Below the pieces are notes generated by a model that made no database searches, had not been told where the DNA came from, and saw only the letters and a program-made list of their open reading frames with translations. 64,000 bases of DNA from Eledone cirrhosa (Eukaryota): assembly GCA_964016885.1 (NCBI GenBank), contig OZ024745.1, positions 36,642,001-36,706,000 on the forward strand, given 5' to 3'. Shown here piece after piece: positions 12,640 through 25,800 of the stretch. The translations under genes and the position numbers were made by a program. Positions within the stretch are counted from its first letter, which is position 1. Each line of letters starts with the position of its first letter.

Positions 12640-12795
12640 TCCGGATAGACCCCAGTGCGTGAAAGATATTTCATTTATTCACTCCGAAATGATGAATAGC
12701 AACATTGACCACGTCCATATTTGAACTCAGATCGCAGAAGTCCGGTTTAAATACCGGATATCACACTATCCGGCACCTAACGATTCTAGCAATTT
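12640..12795 (-). mobile_element. Diverged SINE of the main family
   Basis: GACCCCAGTGCGT...ATTTGAACTCAGATCG...CTAACGATTCT. Confidence 0.5.
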
Positions 12796-13488
12796 GTCAA
12801 TTAACTGCGTACTATACAAAAGTTAACATTTGTTTTGCAGTGCTTGCGCGTGACACTCGTTGCTTTGCAAGGATAATATAATAAATTACAAGACAACGTG
12901 TGAATCTTCTATTTGGGAAACATATTAATAGAACGCAAAGATTTCTCAGATAAGCCGAGGAAAATGAGACGAATTTCTATTTCTTCAATCTTTTGTATTT
13001 CTTGAAATATTTCCAGGAAAAAGCTGCTACAGGATTCAGGGCAAAGTTTTTTGTTATAATTAGATAATACGCAGAAACATAACAAAATCTAAAAAATGTC
13101 AACTCCAGACAATATGAAGTTGATTAACTTGCATTATATAAAATCAACATACGTTGTCCTTCCCATTAAAACTTGCATTTATCAATAGTGATTACAATAT
13201 AATTTGGTGACAAAATTTATTCAGTAGCATATGAAATACCTGTCGGCATTATCGGACGATCATTCACCACATTTTAATTTCAAACACCACCGAAGTGTAC
13301 ATGCCTATCATGTCGATCAAATAGTACCAGATAAATAGGCTTTTGTGTCAAAGTTAAAAATCATTAATACATTGCGATTAAGATTTTCTGAGTATAACAA
13401 ATAATCAAAATGTATACAAAGAAAAAATCAAATGCGTGGGCATAACAAACATAAAACAAAACGCATATACATACAAATGTTATAATAT

Positions 13489-13517
13489 ACTAGACCAACC
13501 GTGACCCGTCGGGTAAC
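13489..13517 (-). mobile_element. Helitron-like 3' terminus (hairpin then CTAG|T)
   Basis: Minus strand GTTACCCG-A-CGGGTCAC hairpin, then 7 nt, then CTAG followed by T. No matching 5' end found. Confidence 0.45.
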
Positions 13518-13934
13518 CTTCGCTTGAAAATAATTTTTAAATAATTAAAATATACACAGGCATGTATATGATGTAAAATTAAATTGGAAGGATATATATA
13601 TATACATATATATATGTATATATATATGTGTGTGTGTGTAGTATATAGTGTTTCAGTATTATATAGATAGATAGATAGATACAAAATAAACAAACACCAC
13701 CAACAACACATCACAACCACCACCACCACCACACTACTAACAACACTATCACACCACCACCACCCTCCACCACAACTTATTTTATACTCCTGTCAAATAA
13801 TTCAACATAAGCACACCAAAAAAAGAAAGATATCCCCGACACCCCAGGGGTTCAAAAGGTGGAGGAGGGGTGGAGAACGTTATCATTCTTTATGTTGAAA
13901 ACATTTGTTGTTTCAAAGTAAAAAATGTTGTTGT

Positions 13935-14164
13935 AGGGTATAGAGAGGGGGAGAGAATGTGGTAGCTTGGAGAGAGAGGGGGATTGTGAGAGAGAGTGAC
14001 ATAGAAGGATATAGAGAGGTGGAGACTGATTGATGGTTTAGTGAGAGAGGGGGAATTGTGAGAGCATGAGGTATGTAGTGGTATAGAGTGAGAGTGAGAA
14101 GTTTGTAGGTTTAGTGAGATAGGAGGAATTGTGAGAGAGAGAGTGGGGTATGTAGTGAGATATA
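13935..14164. repeat. GA-rich ~60-75 bp minisatellite, left part
   Basis: Units like GTATGTAGTGGTATAGAG...GGTTTAGTGAGAGAGGGGGAATTGTGAGAG; the array continues at 19869. Confidence 0.85.
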
Positions 14165-14405
14165 TATTTCTATTTATTTGCCACCAGGGCATCAAAGATT
14201 GGGACAAATACAAAGGGGGGAGTTAACATACATTTAAAAAGACGTGTAAAAAACATATAACAAATTAAATTTAACAATCGATGTCCTCAATAGGGAGGGG
14301 CGTTGACATGGGTCGCACACACCCCCGAAAAAATGTGCAACCCTCCTCTTCAGGAGCACAAAGAGCGGGTGCTTCCTTCCTCTTCTCATTCTTCTCCTCT
14401 CTCAC

Positions 14406-16686
14406 CTACAGGCTGATATAGAGAGAAGGCCCATTCACTCGGGCCATTCTCGCTACTTTCACCCATCTTTCATAAAACTTGCTGGGGTAGAGCACCTCTC
14501 TCTCCATTCTGATCCTTCTTCTAAAGGGGTACTTGAAAAAAAAGACCAGTTGTTGGCCGGAGAGATAGGTGTCTGACCTCAGCCCTTTCAACCTTGTCCA
14601 CCATACAACTTCTTTCGCCATGGCTATCACACAGAGGAAAACCGCCTCTCCTTCGTTTTTGAAAGGGGGAGGCGGTTTGATTGTGACAATGTTCTCGGTG
14701 GTCAACCGGATTGGTCCCACCCGCGACAGTAGTCGTTCTACATAGCCCTACAGGTCAGCAACCCCCGGGCAGTGTACGAATGCGTGTGCGACGGTTTCCT
14801 CGTCCCGCACGCATCTTGGACAGATCTTATTCGAGGGGTCCCTACCCGGGCGCCCGTGTCTGTAGAGCTTGTCCCGAACGGGTAGAGCTCCTCGGTAACA
14901 TTGCCAAGCCAGGGACTTTTGGAAGTTGTCCATCGGTCCCGGGCCAAACGTCCTACCGAACAGACTGGCCAGCTCGTCTTCCTCCATGCCCAGAGCCTCT
15001 CCGAGAGCGTCGTCGCACTTACTGCGCACCAACCCTCTATAGAATGTTGAGGTTGAGTCTCCACTGATTGCCGGATCCGCTTGCCAGAGGGCCGTGAGCG
15101 CCTGGGCACATTCAATGTGCCAGTCGCCCACTTTTCTCGGTCTTTGCTTGACCCAGGATTGCAGCTCGGTGAGTGAGACGAGTCTCGGAAAGGCTCGCCT
15201 CACAAACAAGGCCCACACCGGCTGACCGGTGAGGAATACCTAGAGGTGCCGTAGCCTTAATGCGTGTCTACGCATCGTCAGCCACGGCATCTCCAGCCCT
15301 CCGTTCGAAGGGTGTTGACAGCAGATGGATCTTCTCACCAAAGGAGCCCGCTTCTTCCAAAGAAATCGGAAGAGCACGCGCTCCATTTTGGCGGGTGTTT
15401 TCTCTGGGCAAGGCACGACGGTCAAGCGGTAGTAGATGACGGACGCTATATAAGCGTTCGCCACCTCCGCTCGACCTTTCAGGGATAGTTTGCACTCGAC
15501 CCACTTCTGGGCGAGTGCAAACACCTTGCCCGTTACCTCGTCCCAGTTTTTCTCCACCTGGAGGTCCGGTCCGAACCAGACCCCGAGCAGCTTCACCGGT
15601 TCCTCCGTCCAGCGTCCGACGATGCCGTCGGAGGGCAGCGTTTTGCCCCTCCACGTCCCGAGTTGCAAACCGACGGACTTGTCCCGGTTCAGCTTGGCTC
15701 CTGTGAACCTTTCATATTCCTCCAGTAAGGTGCCGATCTGCCCGATTTCCGAGGCGCACGACACCGTTACTGTCACGTCATCGGCGTAGGCCGACACCGC
15801 TTTCCGCAATCCCGGTTCCAAGGGGATGCCCTGCAACAGCTCCAGCTTCCTCAGTAGTGGCTCGAGAGCCAGCACATACAGGAGGGAGGAGAGAGGGCAT
15901 CCCTGTCGAATGGATCGCGTGATTTGGAACGGCTCCGTGAGGTAGCCGTTCACCTTGACCCTCGAGCAGGTGTTGCTGCTGTGCATTGCAGCAATCCAGC
16001 CCCTGAAAACGGGTCCGAAGCCTGCCGCCGCGAGCACCGCATCCAGGTATCGATGGTCAACCCTATCGAACGCTTTAGATTGATCCAAGTTGATCAGGGC
16101 CCCACCAAAGCCGGGTTCGTTCCCCTAACCTCTCTACGATGTATCGCATGAGGTGGAGGTTGTCGTGTATGGACCTGGACGGTATTGCGCATGTCTGCGC
16201 TTCTCCCACCAGGTTCCCGACGACAAGCGCCAACCTCTTCGCTAACACCTTGGCTAAAGTCTTTAACTCTGTGTTTAGCAGAGTTATGGGCCTGAAGTTA
16301 TCTATGTCATCCCTCTTGTTCTCGTCCTTCCTCACCAGCGTGACTACGCCCTTGGTCACAGAACTAGGAATTCTCCCGTTCTGTTGCCAGTTGCAGTAGA
16401 CCGCCTCGAGGAGACTGGAGAACAAGCCCGGCATCGCTACATAAAGTTCGTATGGTAGACCATCGAGACCCGGAGATTTGCGTTTGCCGCATTGGCTCAG
16501 CGCTTCCCCTATTTCAGCGGCTGAAATCGGCCTTTCGCAGGACTTCGCCTCCCCGTCCGAGAGCCGCGCCAGACCGTCGAGGTATGGACCGAAATCCATG
16601 GCCCCACCCGGCCCGCCGCCCCTCCCGAACAGTCGTGCAAAGCGCCGTTGAAAAGCCGCACTCATCCGCTCAGGTTCAAGGATCAC
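14406..16686 (-). pseudogene. ORF2 reverse transcriptase and C-terminal zinc finger, interrupted
   Basis: KSPGLDG, NFRPITLLN, DQSKAFDRV, IRQGCPLS, AYADD, KLLGV and CPRCVRDEETVAHAFVHC; split by frameshifts and stops (e.g. TAG at 15240-15242). Confidence 0.93.
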
Positions 16687-17843
16687 GCGTCCATCCTGGT
16701 CCTCAAAGACCGAATCGTGGACTTGTTTCCAATTTTTGCCTCTGTCACTCGGGCCCAGCTAACAGCTTTGGCTCCCTCGTTATCCAGAGCACGTATTTTA
16801 CTCCTGACAACGCAGCCCTCGTGCTTCGCATCAAAGAACTGGTCTAGGGCCGTTCTTGACACCAGCACGCCGGCCACGTTCCCACTCCTAATCGCCTCTT
16901 CTACTCTATTTGTTAATTCCCTTTCAGTTCTATTCCTATCTAATGCTAATTCCCGACTAAAACCTATCGATTCTATTCTAATTTCTCTCTTGAGAGATCC
17001 CCACCACCTGTTGTTTACAATTGCCCCCGTCAAACGCTGCTTAACTAGTGTGCTAATCCGCTTACTGTAAGCTTTGTTTGTCGGTAAAGAAAAGTTTAGC
17101 TTCCAGTAACCGGGTCCCTGTCTATGAGTTCTATCAAGGTTGACCACTCCGGTCAACAACTTGTGATCCGAATAGTCAACCATGAACATTCGTGGACAGC
17201 TTAATATGTCCCTATCCTTATTTCTAACTAGGAACCTATCTAGGTACGACCTGGATGTTCCGCTGCGATTACTCCACGTCCACCGTGGCACAGTCGGAAA
17301 ATCCAGTCGATATCTATCGGCCAGATCAAATCGGCCGATTAATCGTTTGAGGCTGTTACACCCCCCTCTATCGGGACATGCCCCTACATAGTCCCAACGT
17401 GCATCCAGGATACCATTCCAGTCCCCCACTAAAAGCAAGGAGCGAGACGTTCCCAGGAAATTCTCCAGGCGTCGGAAGAAGTCCGGTCGCGGTGTCCCCG
17501 ATGGGGCATACGCTGCCACCAGCCTGAAAGCTCCACCTTCACCACTGCCGACGTCTAAAACCACCAGTCGACCCTCCGGGTTCAGGTGTACCTTCTGTGT
17601 GGCAAGACCCAGGTATTTTCGCAGCAGAACGACAACCCCACCCCCACCACTCGGCTGACAGAGAGATGCGTAGATCTCAAAGTCGTCGAAGATGGGGGCC
17701 AGTTGGCGCTCGCTGCTGATCCTGGACTTGCAAATGACCATTACATCCACTCTGTGCGACCTGAGGTCCTTTAAGAGTTTGCCCTGTTTCCAGGACATCC
17801 CCAAGCCGCGTGCATTCACACATCCAACTCTTATATTGGCCAT
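16683..17843 (-). pseudogene. ORF2 N-terminus: APE-type endonuclease
   Basis: VGCVNARGL, AYAP, VGDWN, SYLDRF, YSDH and GPGYWKLN motifs of L1/Tx1 endonucleases. A frameshift near 16685 separates it from the RT. Confidence 0.92.
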
Positions 17844-17885
17844 GTTGGTGCTGAAGAGGTAAAAAGGAAGAGGAAAGGAAATTAC

Positions 17886-19545
17886 TTACCTCTTCGTCTC
17901 CTGGGGACCAGGCTGCACAATTTCCATGGGGGTGTTGGAAGGGTTGTTTGGTGGGGTGGTGGTTTGTGGTGGGGTGAGGACATCAGTGTGTGGTGGGATT
18001 AGGGTGTTTGGTGGGGTGTGGATGTCTGGTGTGGGGGTGGGGAAACATCTCAATAGGACGCTGTTATGTGGTTTGGTGCAGTTGGTCCCCACATGCATTG
18101 GATGGTTCTTTTTCAAAGTTACATAGGTTTCCGTTGGGACCCTAATCATCATTAGGTGCGGTTTGTTCGCTGCGTAGGTGAAAGTGATCCCTTCGGTTTC
18201 CACCGAAGGGTTATTTTCTATCGCTTTCATCAACGTTTTATTGTTCTTGTTAATGTATGTATAGAGTTTTTGTTGTGTTGTGTTTGTTTTTGTTTGTTGT
18301 TCTTGCGGGTGTTTGCGTTTTGTAGTACGTGTTATGTTTTAGGGAGGGGTGGTTTTTTTTATTTGTGATGTTTGTTCTGTTTGTGCTGGTGGTTGTGTGT
18401 TTGTGGCATTTTTGTTAATGTGGTGCCTTTTTTTTTCCTTTTCACCTGTTGAAAGGGTCCTCCCTCGTCGTCACTGGGTGACGTTGATACGGAGTCCTCT
18501 TCCGTGTTGTTGGGGAGGGGTATATTTTGGGGTTTTGTTGTGGTTGCTTTTGTATTTGTTTTAGGTGGGGAGGGGTTTGGTGGACAAGTGTTTTGTGTTG
18601 TTATTTTTCCGTGTTGTTGTTGTTGTGGTGGTGGTGGTGGTGGTGGTGGTTGTGTTGTTGTGTTCGGGGTTGGCAGAAGAGCCTTTTTTTTTTACTCGTT
18701 AATTGAGGACAGGCAGCCCTCAGGTGACCCCTACTTAAGCAGTGGTTAAATGACGGCCGCCTTTCCTCCACTGAAATGTTTATATAAGTTAGCCCGTCCA
18801 GAGGCACACGTTGTGGGATATTCGCTATTCGTTCTGGGCTCATTTGCACCAGAACTTCTACGGTGGTCCCACCAAATACACCTCCGGAGGACTTTCCTAT
18901 TGAAATTATCTTGTCTTCGTCAAAGTTTATTATTCCACATAGTATCCACCAAATGTTTACATTTGGTGTGATACTCATTATTTTTATTCTTTGTGTCCTT
19001 TTTCCCCTGTATGTGGGGTAAAAGGTGAAGTGGGGGACACAATGGGTGCTATCGAGTACTTTTGAGCTGTTGACTGGTTGTTCATCAGCACCGAAATGCT
19101 ACCAAACAGTTTACCTTTTTGTATGAAGGTTAAGTCCTTCATTGCGTCTTTTAGAACCTGCTCACTTTCATTTTGTGATAATTGAGCTGGTTTTCTTGTT
19201 ACGTTCGATATTGTCCTGAAAACCACAGTTTTCAGGACAGCTTCTCTACGTAATTCCTGTGGAGAATTGATGCTAAAAGCACCGTTTTCGCCAAAAGTCA
19301 CGAATTGTTTTGCGTCTTGTAATAGTTGTTTAGCATTTGTTATGTCTATTGGCGTGTATAGTTCGTTTTTTTACGGTCTGTGCAAATGTTGTATTGGTGT
19401 TGTTGTCTTTCGTGTTACTGTCACTGTTGGTAATATTGGTGTTGCTATTGTTGCAGTTGTTGGTTGTGGTGTTGTTGTCATTGTTCTTGTTGTTGGTGCT
19501 GGTATTATTTGCCGGATTTGGTTTCGCGGTTTCGATATTTTCCAC
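17886..19545 (-). pseudogene. LINE ORF1 (gag-like), frameshifted
   Basis: Successive minus-strand ORF pieces directly upstream of ORF2. N/T-rich N-terminus with TFAQTVK; degenerate zinc knuckle FNHCLSRGHLRAAC. Confidence 0.75.
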
Positions 19546-19868
19546 GTTTTTCTATGATGCGAGGGGGGGGGGCTGCAAGCTTTGTACTCCTACCTTCCCT
19601 CCACCACTTTTCTTAGTGGGCCTGGCACTCACGACATTGTGCGAGGTGGAAATGGCATCCATTGCCACCAAGTCTACAGTTTTTAGATGAAAATTGAAAA
19701 TTTCGCCCCAGAAAGGGGCGAAAGTTTGTTGACTTAACGTCTGACGGCCAAGGCAAGGGGCTAAACCAAACAATGTTATTAAATTGATCAATAAACTCAC
19801 AGTTCTTCTTTACAACAATCCGCAAAAATCCGGAGCAAACTAAATCACGTCTATATCAAGTGTTAATT

Positions 19869-20890
19869 GATATAGAGAGGGGTAGAGAATTTGGTAGTCT
19901 AGTGAGAGAGGAGGGGATTGTGAGAGTGAGTGTGGTATGCAGTGGAATATAGAGAGGAAGAGATAATTTAGCGTACTAATGAGAGAGAGTGTGAGGTATA
20001 TAGTGGAATATATAGAGCGGGAGAGAATTTGTTGGTTTAGTGAGAGAGGGAGAATTAAGAGAGTGGGGTATGTAGTGGAATATAGAGAGGGGAGAGAATA
20101 TGGTGGCTGGGTGAGAGAGAGTGAGGTATGTACAAGGATAAAGATAGGGGGAGATTGATTGGTGGTCTAGGGGGAATTGAGAGAGTTAGGTATGTAGTCG
20201 TATAATGTGAGAGTAAGAGAGTTTGTTGGTTTAGTGAGAGAGGGGGAATTGTGAGAGAGAGTGAGATATGTATTACGATAAAGAGAGAAGAGGAGAGTTT
20301 GATGGTTTAATTAGAGAGGGTAAATAAAGTGAGTGAGAGAGAGTGGGGTATGTAGTGAGATATAGAGAGGGGCAGAAAGTTTGGTGGTATCGTGAGAGAG
20401 AGGTAATTGTGACAGCGATAGAAAGTGAAGCATTTAGTGGTATATAGTGAAGGGGAGAGTTTGGTGGGCTAGTGAGAGAGTAGGATTACGAGAGTGATAG
20501 AGAGTGAGGTATGTACCGGTATATAGAGAGCGGGGAGAATTTGGTCATCTAGTGTGAGAGGGGGAATTGTGAGAGAGTGAGTTATGTAGAGGGATATAGA
20601 GGGTGGCAGAGTTTTGTGGTTTAGTGATAGAAGGTGAATTGGGAGAATGATAGTGTTTGAGTTATGTAGTGGTATATAGAGAGGGGGAGAATTTCTGTGG
20701 TTTAATGAGAGAGGGGGAATTGTGAGATATATAGTCGGATATATAGAGTGGGAGAGAGTTTTGTGGTTAGGTGAGAGAGGGAAAATGTTTGTCTAGTGAG
20801 AGAGAGTGAGGCATGTAGTGGTATATAGAGAGGGTAAGAAAGGTAGAATGTTTTAGAGAGAGGGGGGTAATATTTTGAGAGAGAGAGACA
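19869..20890. repeat. GA-rich minisatellite, right part
   Basis: Roughly 14-15 diverged units of the same motif as 13935-14164. Confidence 0.88.
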
Positions 20891-20962
20891 AAATAAATGA
20901 CGGAGGGAAGAACATTTTTTAATATTAGGTTTCATAGTAAAGTGGGCGTGTATTTATATGTA

Positions 20963-21039
<77 letters not shown>

Positions 21040-21360
21040 ATGTGCGTGTGTGTGTGTGTTTATATGAGTGCGTGTTTGTATGTATATATATATATATATA
21101 TGTATATATATGTGTGTGTGTGTGTGTTAATATATATATTTTTTGTCTGCGAGTAATAATATTATCTATATTAGCTGAGATCCGAAATGGGTTTTAAAAT
21201 ACTGTCAATACTTGTTAGTTTTTTTTATGTTATCAAACAAGTTTAGGGTTGTAACGTTGGTGCTGTTAGTTATTTTTTTAAGGAAATCAATATAGTTTCC
21301 CCTTAGAAATCAAATATGATCTAATATGATCACCCGACGCTACCTTCTTTATATCATAAT

Positions 21361-21838
21361 TGTTTCTACTTTTGGCACAAGGGCAGCAAATACCCAGTAA
21401 ATTACTGGTACTTTATTTTATCGACCTCGCAAGGATGAAAGGCAAAGTTAATCTCGCCGGAATTTGAACTCAGATCGTAAAGGGAAGTAACTATACTGGA
21501 AAGCATGTCCGACCCTCTACCAATACTGCCAATTCAATCATAATGTTTATCTTTCTAAATAACCAAACGGTTCGTTCTACTACGTTTGAAATTGTCTTTC
21601 CTCTTTATTAATAATTCAGATTTCATTCTTGTCTGTTTACTAATTAAATGAATAATAATTATTTCTACTTTTGGCACAAGGCCAGCAATTATCCCAGTGC
21701 ATTACTAATACTTTATTTTATCGATCCCTTAAGGATGAAAGACAAAGTTAACCTCGGCGGGATTTGAACTCAAACCATAAAGAGCCGCAACTCTTTGCTG
21801 CAAAGCATGGCGTCCGACCCTCTACCGATTCTGCCAAT
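21361..21838 (-). mobile_element. Two SINEs, short-tail variant (21361-21535 and 21655-21838)
   Basis: TTTCTACTTTTGGCACAAGG...TTTATCGA...GGATGAAAG...ATTTGAACTCA...CTGCCAAT in each. Confidence 0.85.
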
Positions 21839-22422
21839 GGTTGCTATTCAGGAGCATGGTTAACAATTTGTGGAGTGAATAAGTACAGTAAATCTGTCCC
21901 AACACTTGACAGATACTTCATTTTAGCGATCCCTTAAGGCTGATATTTAAAGTTTTCTCTGCTACTAGCTGGCGACTATTATTATGGTCGTTTATGTTAG
22001 GTGACACGTGTTATATATATATATATATGAAGAAAGATTATGTATATTTTTGTCTATTTGCTCTTCACACTTGTAATTGTTATATATCTCTGATTAATTG
22101 ATTATTATTTAATTATCTCAGTCAATAAGCAAAATTGGTAAAGGATGGACACAACATATATATGTGTTTGTACTTATATATCTATACGTATATGTATCTT
22201 ATTATCTTGTCCTAACTCCCTTATGGTTGAGTAAAACTTAGGCTGAAACAAACTGCTTCTTCTAGCTAACATGTTACCCGCCAAAAGTTTCACCATTTAC
22301 GCCGATTTTAGTGACCGTCATACACCTCTCGAGAATTTTTCACTGATAGCGGTCAGTCGGGACTTTGAAGAAAGATTAGGCATTTTTTGTTCATTAGCTC
22401 TTCACACTTATAATTCTTATGC

Positions 22423-22471
<49 letters not shown>

Positions 22472-22493
22472 TACAGTGACAGAGAGAGAAGGT

Positions 22494-23327
22494 ATATATT
22501 TGTTTAATCCTCCGTTAAACTTAAATATCTCAACAAACATACCTAATACTTTCTTCTCTATTCTAGACAAAAACTTCAAAATTAACCATAAATACCACAA
22601 CCTATTTGACTAAAATACCATTAAAGTCTCATACTCCACCACACCTAACAAACCAGACCATATAACCATCACCAACAAGAGAAAGATTAAAAAGTACTTC
22701 AGATTACACCAAAGAAATAATGTCCAGCATAGAAATAACCGGAACAATAACACAGTACAGGACCATACAGCAAGTCATACTAATAATACCAATAATAATG
22801 GTACTAATACTTACCATAATCATAATACTAGAAGTAGAAACAGAAACAACCACTCAAATTCATACCCCCTTAATCAGTATACTAGTTACCAAAACAATTG
22901 TAATTGTAGACCTAACAAGATATGCCCATTAAGTAAGAACGGCCTTATTAAAGACATTAACTACTCCGGTACTGTAACTGTTAATCACATCTCGAAAGTA
23001 TATATAGGTTCAACATCAAATAGCTTTAAGACCAGATGTAATTCACACCAAAATTCGTTCAGCCATCTAAAACTTAACAATGTAACCTCATTATCCACAT
23101 ACATACACTCATTAAAATCAAGTAATATACCATACACCTTAAAATGGGAAGTGATAACTAAGGCCCCTTCATATAGACCACCTAACAAATTTTGTAACCT
23201 TTGCACCCTCGAGTCTAGAAATATTATTCATTCTAATATTAGCCTGCTAAATAGGAAATCAGAGATCTTCTCCACGTGTCCACATTACCATAGATTCTCT
23301 TTCTACTACTTCAAACCTAGTAACTAA
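22494..23327 (+). pseudogene. PLE RT-EN linker plus GIY-YIG endonuclease with one in-frame TAA
   Basis: LFNPPLNLNISTNI..FFSILDKNF..HKYHNLFD*NTIKVSYSTTPN...CNCR..CPL..INY..VYIGST..FKTR..SHQNSF..TSLS..KW..CNLCTLE..LLNRKSE..TCPH. Frame 22614-23327 is open but missing from the ORF track. Confidence 0.85.
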
Positions 23328-23671
23328 TAATAATAATTGTAAAAATAAAAACCAATGTCGGAGATAATACTAGACCACCACCTTTAAATTTATTCAATTA
23401 GATCTCAGTAAATATAGGACTACGCCTTAATTAAAAGACCACACTAACCTATATACTGTCCGACATTTCTCCTTAGTCAATAAACCCCTTGTTTGATATC
23501 TCACCTTTTACAATTAAAATGATTAAATAATATAGACACTCTAAAATACTCTCAATATACAACACCAACTAGATAGCAGACAACTGTGTATATAACACCA
23601 ATTACGCCAGTGTATATTATGCAACTCCCTATCCTGTCATAAAGAAACTTTAACTCTGTCTGCAAAATCTG

Positions 23672-23716
<45 letters not shown>

Positions 23717-24745
23717 TCTCACACATATATATATATCTTATATATATATACATATACTAAGAATGTAAAAACTATCTAGTTATAATAAAATAATAATAAA
23801 ATGTTTTTAACTCCCTCCACACAAGTTGAAAAGATAACAATTATATAATCAATAACCAATAATAATATTTTATATACTCCATAAAGATTAATTTATAACA
23901 CTACTACAATAATAAAACAACCCTCAATTTATCAACAACCGTAATTACCTCCCTTTGTTATTAACCCCCTTTACAACTTCCTCTGTAAATTCATAAAATT
24001 AAGCAACCTAACGGTTTACCAACAACTTAATAACGGTTAATACAAACCCTAGAAAAGATAATGTGTAGATAAAAATGCATAATATATTATACCTACTATA
24101 ACAACATGGCCTGTAATTCGGTGGAATTCACATTAAACAAACACACACCTATTAATTATAAACGGCTCAAAATAATTCCATGGTTAATAGATGTGAGTTA
24201 CAAACAACATATACATACGAACTACAACACAAAAACACTTGAGTGAAAATCAACTATCCAATTCTATCACGTGCTCTGCATTACAACTCACATAACATAT
24301 ACCTACCTTATCACCACATGTCTCTCTAACATATAGCACGCTATCTTAAACATTTCTAATACTTATAACATGCTTTAGCATCCCACACGAAATATGTTTC
24401 TTTCAACTGTATTATAACGCTTTCCTCATACATGCCTTATTGATTGTATTGACTCCTGCATTATGCACCCATAACATTAACTGTTCTCCAATGTTAAGAT
24501 ATCTTATATCTTATATCTTATGTCTATCCTATCCCACATTTTTCCTTGCTTGTAACTCTTTTGCCTGTACTTTTTGCTTATACCTCCTACACTTTCAACT
24601 AGTGCTACTTGTAATTGTGTTCTCTCAAGCATAACATCTTTTTAACTCTTGACTCTCCACATGATGGCTGTGACACTAACAACACTTATTTATCCTAAAT
24701 GTTCTGAATGACTAGGATTTTAGTCACATGTTTTGACATTTCCTA

Positions 24746-24792
24746 TGCTCTGATGATTCCAGACTTCCCCCTGAAAGAAACAATTGTCAGCA
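24746..24792 (+). ncRNA. Minimal type I hammerhead ribozyme
   Basis: TGCT-CTGATGA-TTCCAG-ACTTCCCC-CTGAAA-GAAA-CAATTG-TC-AGCA. Stem I TGCT/AGCA, stem II with one mismatch, palindromic stem III, GUC cleavage triplet. Confidence 0.85.
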
Positions 24793-24879
24793 AATAAATG
24801 TTCTAAACTAAAATTTGATCGTTATAACACTTTGTATATATATATTGTATTTCTAAGAAAATAGCTGTTTTTGTTCATT

Positions 24880-25800
24880 TATCAACAGTATTCGGTTTTT
24901 CTATGTGGTGTGTGTGTTTAAGTGTGTGTATGTGTGTGTATGATATATTTTATTTCCGCATTTTTGTTAAGTTCAGCTCAGATTGATCTAAATCTATGAA
25001 GATCAAGTCTGGTTTCTCTATTTACTACTACTGTTACTGACTAGATCAGATAACTGATGAGATAATTCAGTCTGTTGATATTCAGGTAGTTTATTTCCGT
25101 GGACAAAATATTTTTCTGGGCCGTGTTACACCTGTCTATTATATTCTGGGACTGTTTGTATAGTGTAAAGCTTTGATCCTTGTTCATCGATTTTATTCTG
25201 CTTCCTATTTTATTTATATATTTATTTATTGCTTCTGTTAGCTTCTCCATGCTGAATCCCTTTGATATGCTAGGATATGTATTTTATTTCTGCTTATTTT
25301 TGTTGTGGCTGCGTATTTAGTCGAATGTTCCGATAGGGATTTCTATAGCCTTCATCATCGTTTTGGGTTTCAGTTCTTTCTTTTTTTTCTATTCTTGTAA
25401 TGCTTTGCTTTGTATATTTATTGTGTGGTGGGTGTTTTTATTGCGGTTTGGGGGACCTATTTATTGTATATGTAGTCGATTTTGTCGTGTAGCTTTTTTT
25501 TCTTTTGTGGTAGATTATATGTTTTTATGTGAGGTGGATTCTTTTGTGATGCTTTCATTGGTTTATGGGAGCTTATCCTTTTTGTGTGTGGTCGGGTTAT
25601 TTTCTTTTTCTTTTTTTTACTTTTTACTTTTTCTGTATATTTTTTCTATGGGTTGTTCTATTTCTGTTTATGGTGTATTTTTGTTGTTTATTATGAATAT
25701 GTATACATACGATAGTGTGTTTTGATTGTTCTTCTTACTGTCTTGTTTTGGTTTTTCTTATTCATTACCACTCTAGCTCTTTTTTTTATAGCACTCGTAT
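24880..25800 (-). other. Unclassified strand-asymmetric segment, possibly a decayed LINE ORF1
   Basis: The minus strand is A-rich with broken K/N/T-rich frames; no diagnostic motif. Confidence 0.25.

Larger units (their letters stand above)
14165..19868 (-). mobile_element. Near full-length L1/Tx1-type non-LTR retrotransposon, disrupted
   Basis: 5' UTR, ORF1, ORF2 (APE-RT-zinc finger), 3' UTR with AATAAA near 14172. Candidate target duplication GATATA at 14159-14164 and 19869-19874. Confidence 0.93.
22494..24845 (+). mobile_element. 5'-truncated PLE with long 3' region ending in hammerhead, AATAAA and (TA)n
   Basis: GIY-YIG frame 22494-23327, hammerhead 24746-24792, AATAAA 24793-24798. Continuity of the intervening 1.4 kb is inferred. 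Confidence 0.7.

Noticed and set aside
14711-17774. Plus-strand ORFs overlapping the LINE
   Set aside because: These are antisense shadows of GC-rich ORF2.
22611-22613. Selenocysteine recoding as reported for some Naiad PLEs
   Set aside because: The in-frame stop is TAA, not TGA, and the 37755 ORF has no internal stop.
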